The translations under genes were made by a program, and so were the position numbers. Below are positions 1 to 14,600 of a stretch of 64,000 bases of DNA, piece by piece; position 1 is the stretch's first letter; the number at the start of each line of letters is the position of its first letter. The stretch comes from Paraspadella gotoi (lineage: Eukaryota; Animalia; Chaetognatha), in contig CM119267.1 in assembly GCA_051294375.1 (NCBI GenBank), positions 9,660,339 through 9,724,338 of the forward strand, written 5' to 3'. The notes beneath the pieces are model-generated. The model did no database searches. It had not been told where the DNA came from and saw only the letters and a program-made list of their open reading frames with translations.

Positions 1-305
1 TGCTAGACTTATGGGTTTTTAACGACTATAAATTAGTCAAAAATTTATCAACGTTTAGCTTTTCTACTTTGAAGAAAAACATATTCTTGAGAAAATAATA
101 CAATTATTGTTAAAAGCCTTACCTTGTCTTTTAGATCAATTAATAATTATTCATTATTGGCCCAATTAACGATATACGATAAATAATAATGTTTTCATAT
201 ATATCCCGTAAGTTTTTCAACCTCAATGAAATTCAATTTCCGCCTCTCTCTCCAAACCTACCTATTTCTCCTCCCCCCCCCCGCCCCACCCTTTTTACAA
301 TTCAG

Positions 306-392
306 GTACAGCTTCGTTCTCGGCTTCGGCGTTCCCCTCGTCATCATCATCCTCTTTTACTCGCTCGTCATCCATAGATTGATGAATACAGG
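306..392 (+). CDS. AstC-R: Allatostatin-C/somatostatin-type GPCR, TM5 exon (3' part lost in the N gap at 393-681)
   Basis: Acceptor ttcag at 301-305 then (g)tac agc ttc... = YSFVLGFGVPLVIIILFYSLVIHRLMNT, matching the AstC-R/SSTR TM5 pattern YxFxLGFxxPLxxIxxFYxLVIxxL. Confidence 0.85.
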
Positions 393-3300
393 NNNNNNNN
401 NNNNNNNNNNNNNNNNNNNNNNNNNNNNNNNNNNNNNNNNNNNNNNNNNNNNNNNNNNNNNNNNNNNNNNNNNNNNNNNNNNNNNNNNNNNNNNNNNNNN
501 NNNNNNNNNNNNNNNNNNNNNNNNNNNNNNNNNNNNNNNNNNNNNNNNNNNNNNNNNNNNNNNNNNNNNNNNNNNNNNNNNNNNNNNNNNNNNNNNNNNN
601 NNNNNNNNNNNNNNNNNNNNNNNNNNNNNNNNNNNNNNNNNNNNNNNNNNNNNNNNNNNNNNNNNNNNNNNNNNNNNNNNNATAAGAAAAGGTAATGGAA
701 TAAGGAATAAAGATCGAAAAAAGAAAGCATAAAAAGAAAAAAGAAAACAACATAAAAAAAAAAAAAAGCCAGCCCTACCCACACTTTGAGAAAACGGATG
801 GTGCTAAACCCTTCATCCTCTTAGAGTCTAACTTAGACTTAACCTAAGTTAGACTCAGACTTCGCATCTTTAATCGAACTCGCGAGTTTCGACGATTGAC
901 TTTTCCTTTCAACTTTCTTCTTTTTACATTTTTCTTCTTTTTTTTTTCTCTCTCGGATCGATCGCGAACATCGTTAGCTCGAAGGTTCGCCGCGAATTTG
1001 AACTCCTTTAAGTTCAACGGCCGAATTTTCTCACCTCTTCCTCCACCTCCACCTCCACCTCCACGCCCCAGAACCAAAATTTACCTTGAAATTCGATTTA
1101 CGGAAACGAGAACAACCGGCTGGGTACTATACTAAACGCCCTCTTCGGGCTGATTTCGTAAAATATACTAAAAAAAAACTGCGCGTAGGGGTGGGACCGT
1201 GGGAGTTAAGACGCTTTCACAATTTATCATGCACCACTTTCCATTAATGTCCGATGGAAGAGCGAACGAAACACAGCAGCAAATCCAGCATCCGCAAAAA
1301 AACGTCACTTTACCGACCTCAGAACACTGTAAAGAACCACCTGTCAAAAATGAAACAAATATATTAATTTAAAAATATCCAACATAAAAATTTTTCCATT
1401 CATTTAATAAATAAGCTTTCGCCCTGACTTTGTACAGGCTTTGGTGACCTCACTATACACTACTTATGCATCAGAATTATATACACACCTATAATACATA
1501 CACTTATCACTATCGTCCCATTCTTCATCGAAACCTCTTCTAAATCCCGTTTCTCCTCCCACCTGTTTTCTAACCCCTCCTTCCCGCCGCAGGAAGCCCC
1601 GCTCTGGCGAGTCTCCTCTCTTACTCAATTCAATCAAATATATACAATTATATATCTCTGAAACTCTCGGCATCGTACGAGTGAAGTTCAAATGATCTAT
1701 GGGCATGAAAGCATAGAGAAATCGTGAGCAGGGCGCGGAGCTTCGAGTTCTCGCCTCTCTCGCCGCGAGCAGAGCATTCGTAGTTTGATGTTGAAATTTA
1801 GATAGAAACTAGTCTCTAATTCTGAAGAAGAAATGATGCCAGGTCTGAAGTAAATATAGTTATATAGTTAGATGAAGAGAGCACTATGACAATTATATGG
1901 ATGAAATACTAAACGAATTCACTTCTATCTCCAGTTCAATACTCAAATGTAAAGTGTACTCGCTTGAAGTTGGAACACATGCATCTCAAGAATTATTTAT
2001 TAAATTTCTCTTTATCTTACGTAGTGATATTCCTGCCTTCAATAGTATCATTATATTGAATATAAATTACATATACTTTGTCAGGGGTAGGGAGTCATCC
2101 TCTAATTTGATGAGTAATTGTCGAGAAGATAGCTTCAGCAGTCGAGGAAGAAAGAGTCATTTGCATACACAAAAGAATAAGAATGTTCTGAGAAGTCGCT
2201 GGAGTCAGACAGCACGAGCGCGTACGATAAAGTACGCGATGCGAAGGAAGGAAGAAAGAACTTGGTTCGGGGGGAAAAAGGACAAGATATGAGGGGAGGA
2301 AAATAGGGTAAAAAATATGGGGAAAAACCTTTTTTTCCGAGATCATTCACGTGGACGGAATGATGATGAAGGAGGTGGAAAAGGGGTCTTGGAAATTAAG
2401 TTGTGTGATAAAGAAAATGAGGGAGGGTGGGGAACCCGAAGGGGGGAAGGGATGGTTTCTTTTTTTTTGGGGAGGAAAAAAAAGTAGGGAATCTTATTTG
2501 CTAAAATACGCGGATTAAAAAAGTATGATTTTTGTTCATTGTAGAGGAAAGAACAATTTGAGAAAATGCGTCTTCTAAAAAAATTTTCACGGAAATGGAA
2601 ATTCCTACATATACTCGAGGAAGGGACTACGAATAATGAACGATAAAAAAAGAGATCTTACTTCCGAAAATGGATGCGAAAAGAGATATGCGTCGATATC
2701 GTCGATATGGTCGATATGCTGTCCAGATTTGGTTTCCGTTTGGAGTGGGAGGGAGTCGGAAAGGGAGCGGTAAATGGTCGCGATTCCATTGGAAGGTGAG
2801 TGAGATGGCTGATCGGAAGGGGGGGATTTTGGGGAGTGAAATGGTGCGCGGCTCGCACCTGCCGATTTGAAATTGTCTCAGGGACGGAATCACTTCTTTT
2901 TTTTCGTAAATTTCTTTTCTTCATATTTTTTTTTATTTTCTTTCTTCTTTTCTTTTTTTATTTTCTTCATTTATTTTTTCTTTTCAATTTCCTTTATTTT
3001 TCTTTTTTTCTTTCTTTTCTTTTTTCTTTTCTTTCTTTTTTCGCTGTTTTTTAGCTCTTCTCTTCTTTCTTTTTAATTTTCATATAATACATTACCCGCT
3101 TAGACAAGATATTTTGCACGCGAAGAAAGGGGGAAAAAACTACATGTACATCGAATTGTCGATCGTTTAAAAAACCTAAGGTCGCTTACATAAAAGCCAA
3201 AAATCTCTTTCCTTCTAAACCCCGAGACATTTTGACTAAAGCGGCTTTCGAGTTTGGGTTCGTCAATTTTCTCGGGACGGGGATTTCAAGACAACAGGTG

Positions 3301-6300
3301 GCCAAAGGTCGAGGCAGGCCAGTCACCAGGTGCCAGGCGTCGAAAGCCTTCCATTTTTGGACATGGTTCGCTGAACAACCGGACTTTTGAGGACAATGAG
3401 TCCGACGGAGGAAAAAGAAAAGGCATTGAAACGGGAAAAAGAAAGAAAAAAAAAAGAAAGAAAAAAAAAATCTTGGAGATGGAAATGTAAAAGAAAACGT
3501 GGTTCAGTTATTCCGAACGCGAAAAAAAATTGCAATGTTGAAGAATCAACACGCGAGGGTGGGGCTTGGGCCCATTAGCGGCGTGGGCTGCAGACCAATA
3601 TGTAAAGATCAGACGATGAGATTAGAACGCAAGGAGGAGAAAAGAAGATATAGTGAGGACGCGTCACAACTACTGATTGATCTGTGACGATGACGAGACG
3701 AGAGACTATTCTGCATGTAGCATGCATCGAGGAGAGAGACGTGCATCTGATATGTGACTCATCACTGCCCGCTACTCATTTATTTCTCGTTCCTCACATC
3801 CTATACTCTGCTCGCATACTTGTCTCCATCTCTTCATATACGTACATTTCTTCTGGTCTTCGTGCGAATACTATCTCTTCATACGTCTTCCTACCTCCTA
3901 CTGCACAAAACTCTAATCGCTCAACACAGTACCTACACGAGTTCCTACTTGTTATCTCTAGAAGTCGACAAACGTTATATATGCTTTAGTTTCAAACGAC
4001 TTTTCATATATCTTGTAATAATAAAAGATAGAAAATAAAGAAGCCTGCCACTCGGCTAACCGTGCCGCCCGAGCACTCCAGCCCTAGCGCGAGCCGCTCG
4101 CCCTGCGCGCGCCTTCACCAGACCAGCGAGAACAGACGAAGGATCGATACTCTTGATCTCAGATACAGTGGCCGGAATGACTCAAGACTATGGGTATTAT
4201 CAGGACTCTGTGTGTCAAGAGTAAACACAAAAAGTTCCACTTCGCAGAAATAACGCACGGAGTCGTGCATACTGTGCGTAGAATATTAGTGTCGAACATA
4301 TCTGACGCGAGAAATATACTTGATCTTTATGCGAACGCATGATCTGATATTATGAAACGTTTCGGCCCCCAAAAAAACGAAACAAGACAAACGGGCCCAT
4401 TTCAGAAGAGGAAGAAGGACACCGCATAGAAGAAGTATGGGTGAAGAGAGATAGGTATGGAAGAAGAGAGGAAGTCCGTCAGCGAACGTATCCCGGGACG
4501 AATGAGTATCCTGTAGTGAGACAGCCGGTGCGAATTAAAATACGATTGTGAAAAGACCGGTGAGTATGGGTGAAGGAAGTGCACTCTCGAGTGATTTCGC
4601 ACCTGCACGATGCTCAGGGGGGGTGTGGAGAGATGTGACGCACGCTTAGATTCACATACTCAATTCTCGGCGTGCTCTATAGCAATGTACACGCAAGAGT
4701 TTAAACTGTCGGGGCGAGAGACACGTAAAAGTATGAACACAGAAGTGCGAATTTTGTAGGAGAATCGATACTCTGCGGGTGTTCCGACTTAACTTGTCCT
4801 CGCTCTTAGCGCGCAATAAATACTCACAACTTAGGGTACTTTTCTCCTTTCTATAAATTTGTGTGTCCAGGCTGCGCTTTGGTTTGTTTTTTTCTTTTGG
4901 GTGTCGCTGGACATTTTTACGATTAGTGTAAGATTCTTATTTGTATAGAGAAAAGATGATAATTTTTCGCAGTCCAATGTACGTCACTTAATTTAGACAA
5001 TCAACTTCTCCGTTCTTCCTAGCATTTGGCTTCTGGCCTTCCTTACCCAGATTCTAACGCAGTCGTGGGTCGTATATCTTTGATGAGATAGGTTATGCAC
5101 GCTCGCTTAGAGATTAGGGCAGTGCGAGACGGTATGGCGGTGAGTTCGGAGTTGCTTGAAGAACTAGCCCGGGACAACACTAAGTAAAGAAAGGACAGCA
5201 GCTAAAAAAATAAGATTTGATTTTTTCAAAGGCAATACACGATCGTTTTCTGTCTCCGACAGGATTCGCGAGTTCGTTTAGTCCTCGTGGCCTGTGCCTC
5301 TCTATCTCTCTGCTTAAACCTTCTTTATACAATTCAATGATAGGCAGAGGCGCGTTCGCATGGCAAAATTATATACATGTCAGTATATCTCGCTATCTGT
5401 GCCTCAAGTCGATGAACTCTCGGTGTACGCATGGTACTTTGTCGTAGGCGAGTGAGCGTGGAGAATCTCTCTCAGTATTCGCGTCTTCTACTAGAGTAGA
5501 CGATGGCAGGAGACGCTGATCTGAGAAGCTCAGATGAGAGCAGAGAGAGTAACATCTAACGTACGTGCTGGCTGTAGCTTGACTCATGCTGACGTGGAGC
5601 GGTACCTCTGAGCTGACTGAATAGGAGGGTGAGAAAGAAGTGCTGCGACCACTAAATACCATTTTCTCCTCGCGAATCTCAATGGTGTATTATATCCTCT
5701 CCTCTTCAGTCGCGCTCGCTTGATTCTTTCCAACTTGACCATTGATATCTTTTGTCTGTTTACAGAGAAATATATGATAATACCAACCGTTTTTTTGGAC
5801 AGATTTCCGGGCTGACTCATCCAAAGGAATTCTATATTGTTCTTTATATATTTACTCTTTCTTTTTCTTCTCATTCTCACTATGATGGTGTTATCTTCTC
5901 TCTGTTTCAATCTTCCTCCTCCTTCTCCTATTTTTTCCTTCCGAGTCGAACTTTGCATCTAGAGTTCTACAATTAAGTTCGGCACATATTTTAGTTTTTA
6001 TGTAACAGAACATTGTGTCTCGAACTCTGCAAAAGGCTATCTGATCGACCCTTGGGCACGCGTTTCAATGGTACGTGACGTGTGCCTGCCTGCCTCTTCT
6101 CTGTTACACCCGTGTGTGTTCTGATTCTTATTTAAAAGTCCCTCTTTTCGTCGCACAGAGTACAATTGACTCAGAAAAACCAAAAATTCTCTGAATGAGA
6201 CACAGTTGGTCTAGTCACAACAATGTCTTCTCTGAGCGTGTGTATATTTAACTCATGTATGATTAGTATCATGACTGCTCTCTCTTTCTCTCGTCCTTTC

Positions 6301-9300
6301 TCTACTCTAAGCGTCCGACTTAGTTTCTCTCTTTCTTCTCTCTGCATTAATGCGTACTACATTTCCGATCTCTTGCTCTTCATGCTATTACTCTTCTCTC
6401 TTTTTTCTTCTCCTCCTCTCTCTTTCGGCTGGTGCATAATCTCATCCCCCTCTCGCTGCCTAGCTAAGATCGGGCCAGGCTCACCGATCCACATGTCCAT
6501 CCGTACCCCTTACAAGCTACATAGACCGCCAGAGGAGTTGCCCTCAAACAACAAGCGACGACCATCACATTTAATCAACTTCGACTCATGCAGGATAACG
6601 TAATTAAAAAAACGAAGCACTGTCGAATTCCCAGAGGAAAAGGAAAAAATTCGAAAAGATAAAAAAGAAGAAGGAGATGAAAAAGAAAGAAACAATAAAA
6701 CTGAGACAGAAGGAAATATCAAGAGAGAAAGCACGAGCGCAGAAAAAATGATAATAGGAAAAACAGAGACATCCATACATCGGTAGAATGCGAGAGAAAC
6801 AGTTTACTCCAGGGACCACAACCTAAAAAAGTTAAAGTGGAGCGGGCGGGAGTGAGTAGTTGCTCGCGTGCTGAGAGCAGGTAGAAATTGATACTCTATA
6901 GTGTGCAAGAGAGAGATCGATAGACACCAAGACGAAGAGGAGACAGCGAGAGAGACGGGACCGAGAATTATACGTTAAACTTGCTATCTATCTAATATCT
7001 CCCACAAGGAAACATGAATTTCTGTCAATAGACATCTTTTACTCTCCACCCTATAGTCCGTTTGATCGCAGTCTATTTCTTCGTATCTCTTTTCTTCTTT
7101 CTCTATATATTCTCGACCTATCACAGAGAATAACGTCGAAGGTTTGACGAGCGTCCTTTTACCGAACTCCGCATTATCGACCACTCCAAACCGGGAACCA
7201 ATCTGGACGCATATTCGACGCATATCACAGCGATAGATTCGCCGAGACGCATATGCGAGTGCTAGATGTATCGGAATCCAATTGATCGAGATAGATCTCC
7301 TTTTTTTGATGTATGATTTGAAGTACCGGGAGATTGAAAATTATGTGACGGTATCCCTTCCTCGAGGTATATAGGTGAGGGAATTTTCGACTGAAGAAGT
7401 GGATTCCGTGAATTTTTTTTAGAAGACGCGATTTTTTCTCAAGAAATTGTTCTTCCTGAGTACAATGAACAAAAAGGTCATACTTTTTTTATTGCCGCGT
7501 AGAGTATGAGTGAGATGAAGGAGCACGGAAATTAGGAAATGGACTCGCTGAAGCGTGTGTTATCCGCCTCCCTCCTCCCCTCTAAATTAACATTAAATTA
7601 CACTAATCAGCTATCCCTTCCTTGGTTGTTCCATTCTTATCACAACTTATTTTCCACCAGATTCTCTTTTCCACCCTCGTTCAATTCGCATCATTCGTCA
7701 CGTGGAAATTGATCTCGGAAAAAAAAGTTTTTGCCTTCAAATTATAAATTCCTCCATTTTTTGTCCCTAATAATTTGGTCTCCTTTTTCCCCCCATGAGT
7801 GCCTGAATACTATTCCCTTATTTGCCTCTGTTTCGCATCGCTCTTATTCGTCCGTCTTCTAGTACCTCAGAGTGCGCTCCAGACTTTTTTCTTATTTATA
7901 CTTACAGTATTGCTTTCTTCTTCTGATGCTGAAGCTCTTTTCCTCAATTTCTCCATTCGTATGTCTCCTTCCCTTCAAAAGTTGGTTTGTTTTTTTATGC
8001 GACCCCTTCTAGTTCGTTTTACGCAAAGAAGATTATTTAAAAATTGATATGAGATGTGATTCTTCGAAATACTCTGGATGCACATGTGTGATATCATTTC
8101 TCTGGATTTTATATGATTAATAGACTCTTTTTTAATTTCTGTAAACTTTTATCTTTATAAGCTATAAACATTTATATGGAACAAGATGATTTCTATATCT
8201 CTGATTCTCCAGATCGGATTCTTTCTCTTTTTCTTAGCTAATGTATGACTGTTCTTCTCTCCTAATATTTTCAACACACTTGTATGCTCTTTCTTTTCTC
8301 GAAATTACACTCTCTCGCATACTTGCAACTCTCTCCCTCACTTTCCTTTTTAATTTTTTTTGTTGAGACACCAGGAATTTAAATCAGAGTTTTTTTCATT
8401 TATCAGGGAATTTTTCAAATTTGTTTTGTTAACTTTGATATGGAAATTTAATTAAGAGAACATAAATTCCCCTTGAAGCATATAGGTTATGTTATGTTGT
8501 AGCTGTGTTATTTATCTTGTAAGAGTGATGGAACGACGGTCAACCATGATAGCCTGTCCAAAGTCAGGGCGAGTATAGCTTATTTATTAAATGCAATGGA
8601 AAATTTTATTTGGTATATTTTTAATTAATATATTTGTTTCATTTGGACAGTGTTCTGAGAGTCCGGTTAAAGAGCTTTTTTTGCGAATGCTGGATTTGCT
8701 GCTGATGTTTCGTTCGCTCTTCCATCGGACATAATGGAAAGTGGTGCATGATAAATTGTGAAAGCGTCTTAACTCCGCGGTCCCACCCCTACGCGCAGTT
8801 TTTCTTTTAGTATATTTTTTACGAATCGGTCGAAGAGGTTGCGTTTAGGTGAGATAGGATACCCAGGAGGACCGGAGTTTGTGTACTCGTTTCCGTAATC
8901 GAATTTAAAGGTAATTTTTGTTCTGGGGCGTTGTTGGGGGTGGAGGAAGAGGTGAGAAATGTTCCAGGACCTTTGAACTTAAAGGAGATCAAATTCGCGG
9001 CGAACCTTTCGAAGCAAAACCGATGTTCGTGATCGATTTTCCGAGAGAGAAAAAAAAAAGAAGATAAAATCTAAAAAAAGAAGAAATTTGAAAGGAAAAG
9101 TCAATCATCGGAAACTCCGCGAGTTCACGATTAAAGATGTGAAGGTCTGAAGTACCAGTTAGAGCATGATAGGTTAAAGATCCTAAGGGTTAAGAAGAAC
9201 TGATAAAAGATGGAAGAAAGTTTAGCACCATTCCGTGTTTCTCAAAAGTGAAAAGGAGGAGATGTGGAGAGGATGGAGGGCTGGACTTTTTTTTATGTTG

Positions 9301-9502
9301 TTTCTTTTTTGCTATTTTTTGCTTTTCTTTTTCCCAGGAGAATCGTTATTCCTGGTATATTCATTACCTTTTCTATCACTCTCTCTCTCTTCTCTCTCTC
9401 TCTCTCTCTCTCCTCTCTCTCTTCGTGCATCTCTTCGTCATCTCTCCTCCCCCCTCCCTCTACTCTCGTACTCTCTCCATTTCTCCAACATATCTGGCCC
9501 AC

Positions 9503-9702
9503 CGCCCAGCGAAATCTCCTTTTTCATCGGGGTTCTCATGTCTCCTACCGCCGCCTCCCTTCGACGGTTTATGGTGTCCGTTGACACCATAGATCTATCA
9601 CGGCCTCCACTGGATGAATTCATCAATCTATGGATACGAGCGAGTAAAAGAGGGATGATGATGACCCGGAGGGGAACGCCGAAGCCGAGGACGAAGCTGT
9701 AC
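9503..9702 (-). other. Noisy inverted copy of the complete TM5-ICL3 exon
   Basis: Reverse complement begins ttcag|gtacagcttcgtcctcggcttcggcgttcccc like 301-340, continues MNSSSGGRDRSMVSTDTINRRREAAVGDMRTPMKKEISLG and ends g|gtgggc in phase 1, compatible with the 24906 exon. Confidence 0.75.
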
Positions 9703-10178
9703 CTGAATTGTTAAATAAAGGGGCCGGTTTGGGAGAGAGGGACGGTTAAATTGAATTTCATTGAGGAACGAAGGCTTGAAGGAAAACTTACGGAAATATG
9801 TTGATGAAACATATTATTATCGTGTTGTTATCGTGTAATTGGGGAGACCAGATAGAATGGAATAATTATTTAATTACTAAAAGGACAAGGTAGAAGGCTT
9901 GGATTTAGACAATAATTGTATTATTTTCTCGAAGAATTGTTTTTTCTTCAAAAGTTAGAGAAAGGCTTGTAAACGTTGAGTAAATAATTGGAACTAATTT
10001 AATAGTTCGTTAATAAACCCCAGAAATCCAGCACACAATTTTTAATTTACGATAAATAATCAAACATTTCCAAAGAGGAGGTTAGCAGTACCGTTAAGCT
10101 TGACGGAAGGTCGTACATCGCCACTAATAAAAGCCCGCTTGAAACGTCTTCTGACGTGATCCCCTAGTTAAGACTCAC

Positions 10179-10337
10179 CCAGGGAAGGTGAAAACTCTTG
10201 CACGGTCCTCCCTCCTGAGGCAAAGTGATAGGTACAAGTCTTATTTCCCGGGGGTAGAGCAAAGTCTGGTGAGATTTTGCGAGTTAAATGATTGAGGGGG
10301 AGCATCACATGCAGGAGGATGTGCGACCCAAGACTGC
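10179..10337 (-). CDS. AstC-R: Noisy inverted copy of the GPCR TM4/ECL2 exon (true position probably upstream of window start)
   Basis: Minus strand acceptor ...ttatcaag| and donor tgg|gtgagt; frameshifted fragments read W-V-A, MLPL, PGNKTCT and FTF, i.e. TM4 Trp/Pro and the ECL2 Cys; lies immediately beyond the inverted copy of position 1. Confidence 0.6.
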
Positions 10338-10791
10338 CTTGATAATGTTAAAAAGAGAAAGTTGTAAAAGAGGTAGAGGAGAGAGAATAAATCTGGTCCT
10401 GTCAAACTAATTAGTTATTCCGGAAAGTCCGAGAGGGAGGGTTTACGGATACAACGAGTCAAGATTTGCAGCGCGTTCTTTTCTCAGAATCTCATTAAAT
10501 AAAAAACAAGTTCCATATACAAATTTCATTAAACCATTTACGTCCGACACGGCTGATGTCTCACGTACCCCGCGAAACAATTGTTTCTTGTGTATTTTTC
10601 TTTCTCCTCTTCCTCCCCACATTTTTTCTGCCCCTGGTCCCGAATCCATTGAGAGTCTTGATATCGGAAATCAAATCGAAAACCCAAGCTATCTTATTTT
10701 AAGTTTTTTCAGGTTCTGCTCTATTGGCTTCGTTTTGGTTTCTCATTTCTTTTCTCTCTGGCTCTCTTCTCTCTTCGTACTGGGCTCTCTC

Positions 10792-10828
<37 letters not shown>

Positions 10829-11048
10829 TCTCGTCATGTATCTTGTCTGCTTGTTCTTAACAGACTCATCACTTATAAAAGAAAAAAAAACCTTGTCCAT
10901 ATCAGCATGTATTGAAGATTTGTGAATAATACGCTTTGCATTTTATTGAGGCTCCTAAGACAAAAGGAAGGCGTCCCGTATTAAAAACCGAAACAAAAAA
11001 CCGTCTTCTCTCATCTTCTTTTCACTCTCTCTCTCCTCTCTCTCTCTC

Positions 11049-11079
<31 letters not shown>

Positions 11080-11617
11080 CTCTCTCTCAGTGTGGGATGA
11101 AAAACCGTCTCGCTCTCTTCATCAATTCAGAACACACGAGTTTTTCTTGCGACATCTACCGACTGCCACTCATAATGTCGTTCCATTCTGTATAGCAACA
11201 AAGACAGACTTCGCCTACTCTGTGCGCCGCGTTTGTTTCGTCGTTTCGCCGTTAACAGTCTCAGTCTCTGTTGCTTGTTTTTAGTAAATAAAAGTGTGAG
11301 ACTACATTCGCCATTTGGTCTAAACATGTTTTTAATATCTGATTCTTTGTTTTTGAGAAAGAGAGAGAGGAATAAATTGTCTTTAAATTATTTAAATTAT
11401 TAATTGTTAATGTAACGCGCTTTGGAAAGCGATTTCGCAAAGAATTACTGCCCGATCGGCCAGGGGTGGTCTAGTCCATCCAGAGGTTTGAGGAAAGCGA
11501 GAGAAAAAGAGGAAGAGAGGAGAAGAGAGAAAGGAGGAGAAAAAATGAAAAAAAGATAGAGAGGAGAAGAGAAGAGAGAGAGGAGAGGAGAGATTTGAGA
11601 AGAGAGAGACGAGATGA

Positions 11618-11650
<33 letters not shown>

Positions 11651-14600
11651 GGAAGCAGAGAGTGAGTCGCAGCGTGCTGAGTGAATTACAGGATCTTCTC
11701 TCTCTCATCGATCTCCTTCGTCTCCCCTGCTCTCTCTCTCTCTGCTCTCGTCTCTCTCTCTCTCTCTCTACTCTCTCTCTCTCGCCAAGGAGACTTCCTT
11801 CCCCGACGAATGCTTTCCCCGATAGAGGACTCTTTCTCTTTCTATATCCTTTCCTGTTCGATTTTCCCTTTTTTTTATTGGATATTTTTTTTTTTAACTT
11901 AAATTTTTCTTTCTTTGCGTGATTCGGAAGTTAAAAGAGGAGGAGAAGGAGAGAGGAAGCAGCATAGAAAGGTTGTGAGTTCCGTGAGGGAGAGAAGTGA
12001 GCGATAAAATTTCTTGTGAAAGTGAAGACGAAAGGAATATTGAGGATTTTTGAAAAAAGACGGATAAACGTGTATCTATTCTTAGAAGTTTAAAGTCGTA
12101 GAAGATTGTGACTGACAACGAATGCTTTTAATTCGATTTTGATTCTTTGAAGAATGAAAGACTGACAAATGAATATTAATTTCTAAATTATTAGCTGAGT
12201 TATGTTTTTGTTGAGGCTTAATTTACTGGGGACTCGGGTTATAATGATAACAAAATTTCCAAACCACCGGTCGAGTCCAAAAACAGTAATAGTGACATTT
12301 GCAGTTATTAAGAGAAGCAAAAAAAATTCGTTTTCTTTTTTATTTTAACTTGAAGCCGATGTTTTCTTCTTATTTGCGCCTTTAGCCAACATGTTTATCA
12401 TCTTCCAAAGAGAAAATTGGGGATCAGATAGAGAGAGAGAGGAGAGAGGAGAAGAGAGAGAGATTAGAGGAGAAGAGAGAGAGAGAAGAGAAGAGAGAAA
12501 AGAGAGAGAGGAAGAGGAAGGAGGAACAGACAAGACAGACAACAGACAGGGATAGAAAAAGGAATAGAAAGTCTCAGCGGGGAAAGGCATGTCAAGCGGA
12601 ATGTTAACGTCACACTGACGTCGCAGGCCAAGAAAGATGATTTTTTTAAAAACGCAATCGTTTCTTTTTTTGCGCGTTTGCGGAGTTTTGCCGGTTTCCG
12701 GTTTGCCGGGTTTTTGCAGGCGTCAGCACCGTCTGTTCGCCATCCGCCCGCTCTACCGGCGGCCGACCGAATTAATAGTTGTCTTTTACGACGACAACAA
12801 AAGACGAACAAATTAAGAAGGTCAGCGAATTTCACGGTTTAAAACGAATTTTGCGCAAAGAATGATTTAGACCGGAAAACTGATAAAGAAAAGTTAAATC
12901 CCTAGAATAAAGAAAGGAAGAAAGTGAGAAAGAAAGAAAAGGACGGAAGAAAGGAAAGTGAAGAAAGAAAAGAAAGAAGGAAAGATGAAATAAGACAAAA
13001 AAGAAGAAAGACGACCAGAAGAAAGACCAGAAAGAAAGACAGACAGACAGACTTTAGAACAAGAAAGAACGAAGGAATTTACATAAAATGAAAAAAAGAA
13101 AAGACAAAAGAAAAGAAAAATGTTCTAGATAGGGCGCAGGGGAACGAAAAGTAGAATTAAGAATCAGGAGAAAAAGAGAGAAGAGGAGAGAACTGACTAC
13201 ACACTAAAGTTAGCTCTTGAAAGAAAAAAAAAGATATATTATATAAAAGAAAAATAAAAGGAGGGAGGGGAGAAGATCGAGCGGACGGGACGCGGAAATA
13301 GGAGTTTGGGAGAGAGAGGTATGAGCTGACCGCTCGAGGAATTCTGCTAAAGGTCAAAGGAAGGCAATGCTGCTCCAGGAAAAAATGTTCTAAAACATGG
13401 GTTCCAGGGAGTATTTATTGAATGGATCTAGTTTCCGTGAAGAAGAGAAAGAAAAAAACCTGCGAACAATGCTGAAATGGAATTACCGCGAATCTTGTCG
13501 GCATAACTGTTCACGGGAATTATCAAAATCTCCTGTGCCACAGTGATTATATTTCTGTTTACGATTTTACTTTTTTTTTTTTGTCAAAGCGAGGTTTGTG
13601 GAGAGAAATAGATTATAGAACGTCGTCGTGTATCTTGGACGTCGGACGTCGTCGTCTCTGTCATCGGTCGTCGGTGCGAGTCGCGACAGCGTCGCACGAC
13701 GGTTGACGATAGCATAGATGCATGCACCACTTTGGTATGTTGAGACGTAATTCGTATGAGCATTAGATTGGAAAATCCTACAAATATTAATGTGCATATC
13801 CTCTTCGAAGATATCTCCGTGGTAATCATCTTTCACTCTGGCGAAAATGGGATGAATATAAGGATGAATATATAAATGAAAATAGAACGAAGAACAGGAG
13901 ATCGACGCTTGACGGGAGAATGAACAAACGACAACAACAACAAAGATTAGGAAGAGAATTTCAAGTACAAGGAAAAAGCAGCTAGGGATTTAGAGAGTAA
14001 AATTTGCTTTAATTACTTAAAAGAATCTGGTTAAACAATTCGGAACTCTTCCATCCTTCCACTTTTTTTTTCGAATTTTAGCACATGTTACGCACACGAA
14101 TTTCCTCAAAGGATGTACCAAGGAATGTCCAACGACTGTACACACCTTCCAGAGGGTAAGAGAAAGAAACACAAATGTACCACAAAGGGATGTCCAACCT
14201 TACGCAACAGAATATCTCCCAACTTTTTCTCTAATCTCGGCGCGCCTATTCGGAAAAGGAAGAGGTTCATTAAAGAGTCGGGCGAGTATAGCAGTACATC
14301 GCTTGCTCACTCTGAACGAGTCGGGATGAAGGTGAAAAGCGTCCAGAGGTTAAACTGTGGGCATCATGTGAACAATCCGCTTACCGCTCAGTCTCTTACA
14401 GCCGAATTAGAGAAGAAATCATATTCGAGGTTATGTATGGTTTTTGTGTCTAGTCCATTATCGTGACTCTCGGTCTCGCTCTCGTCGGTTACTTCGTTCT
14501 CTGCTTCCTCTATCTTCATGCGTATTCTCTCATTCTCTCGTCTCTGCTCTGTCTCTTCTCCGCTCACATATCATCTTCTCTCTCATACTTCTCTTCTCAA

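Larger units (their letters stand above)
1..10035. repeat. ~10 kb inverted (fold-back) duplication centred near 4650-4700; probable long-read artefact
   Basis: 1-390 pairs with 9600-10035, 780-1450 with 8560-9260, 2520-2750 with 7180-7490, 4330-4420 with 4840-4920; fidelity decays toward the centre with many insertions. Confidence 0.9.

Noticed and set aside
2800-3076. Phe-rich hydrophobic ORFs (also 15530-15847) resembling membrane proteins
   Set aside because: Translations of (CTTTT)n/T-rich intronic microsatellite.
4600-4720. SMRTbell adapter remnant at the fold-back centre
   Set aside because: Only a short gagagat match; not enough to call.
10588-12590. Many Leu/Ser-rich or Arg/Glu-rich ORFs
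   Set aside because: Products of (CT)n/(GA)n tracts; no splice or codon support.
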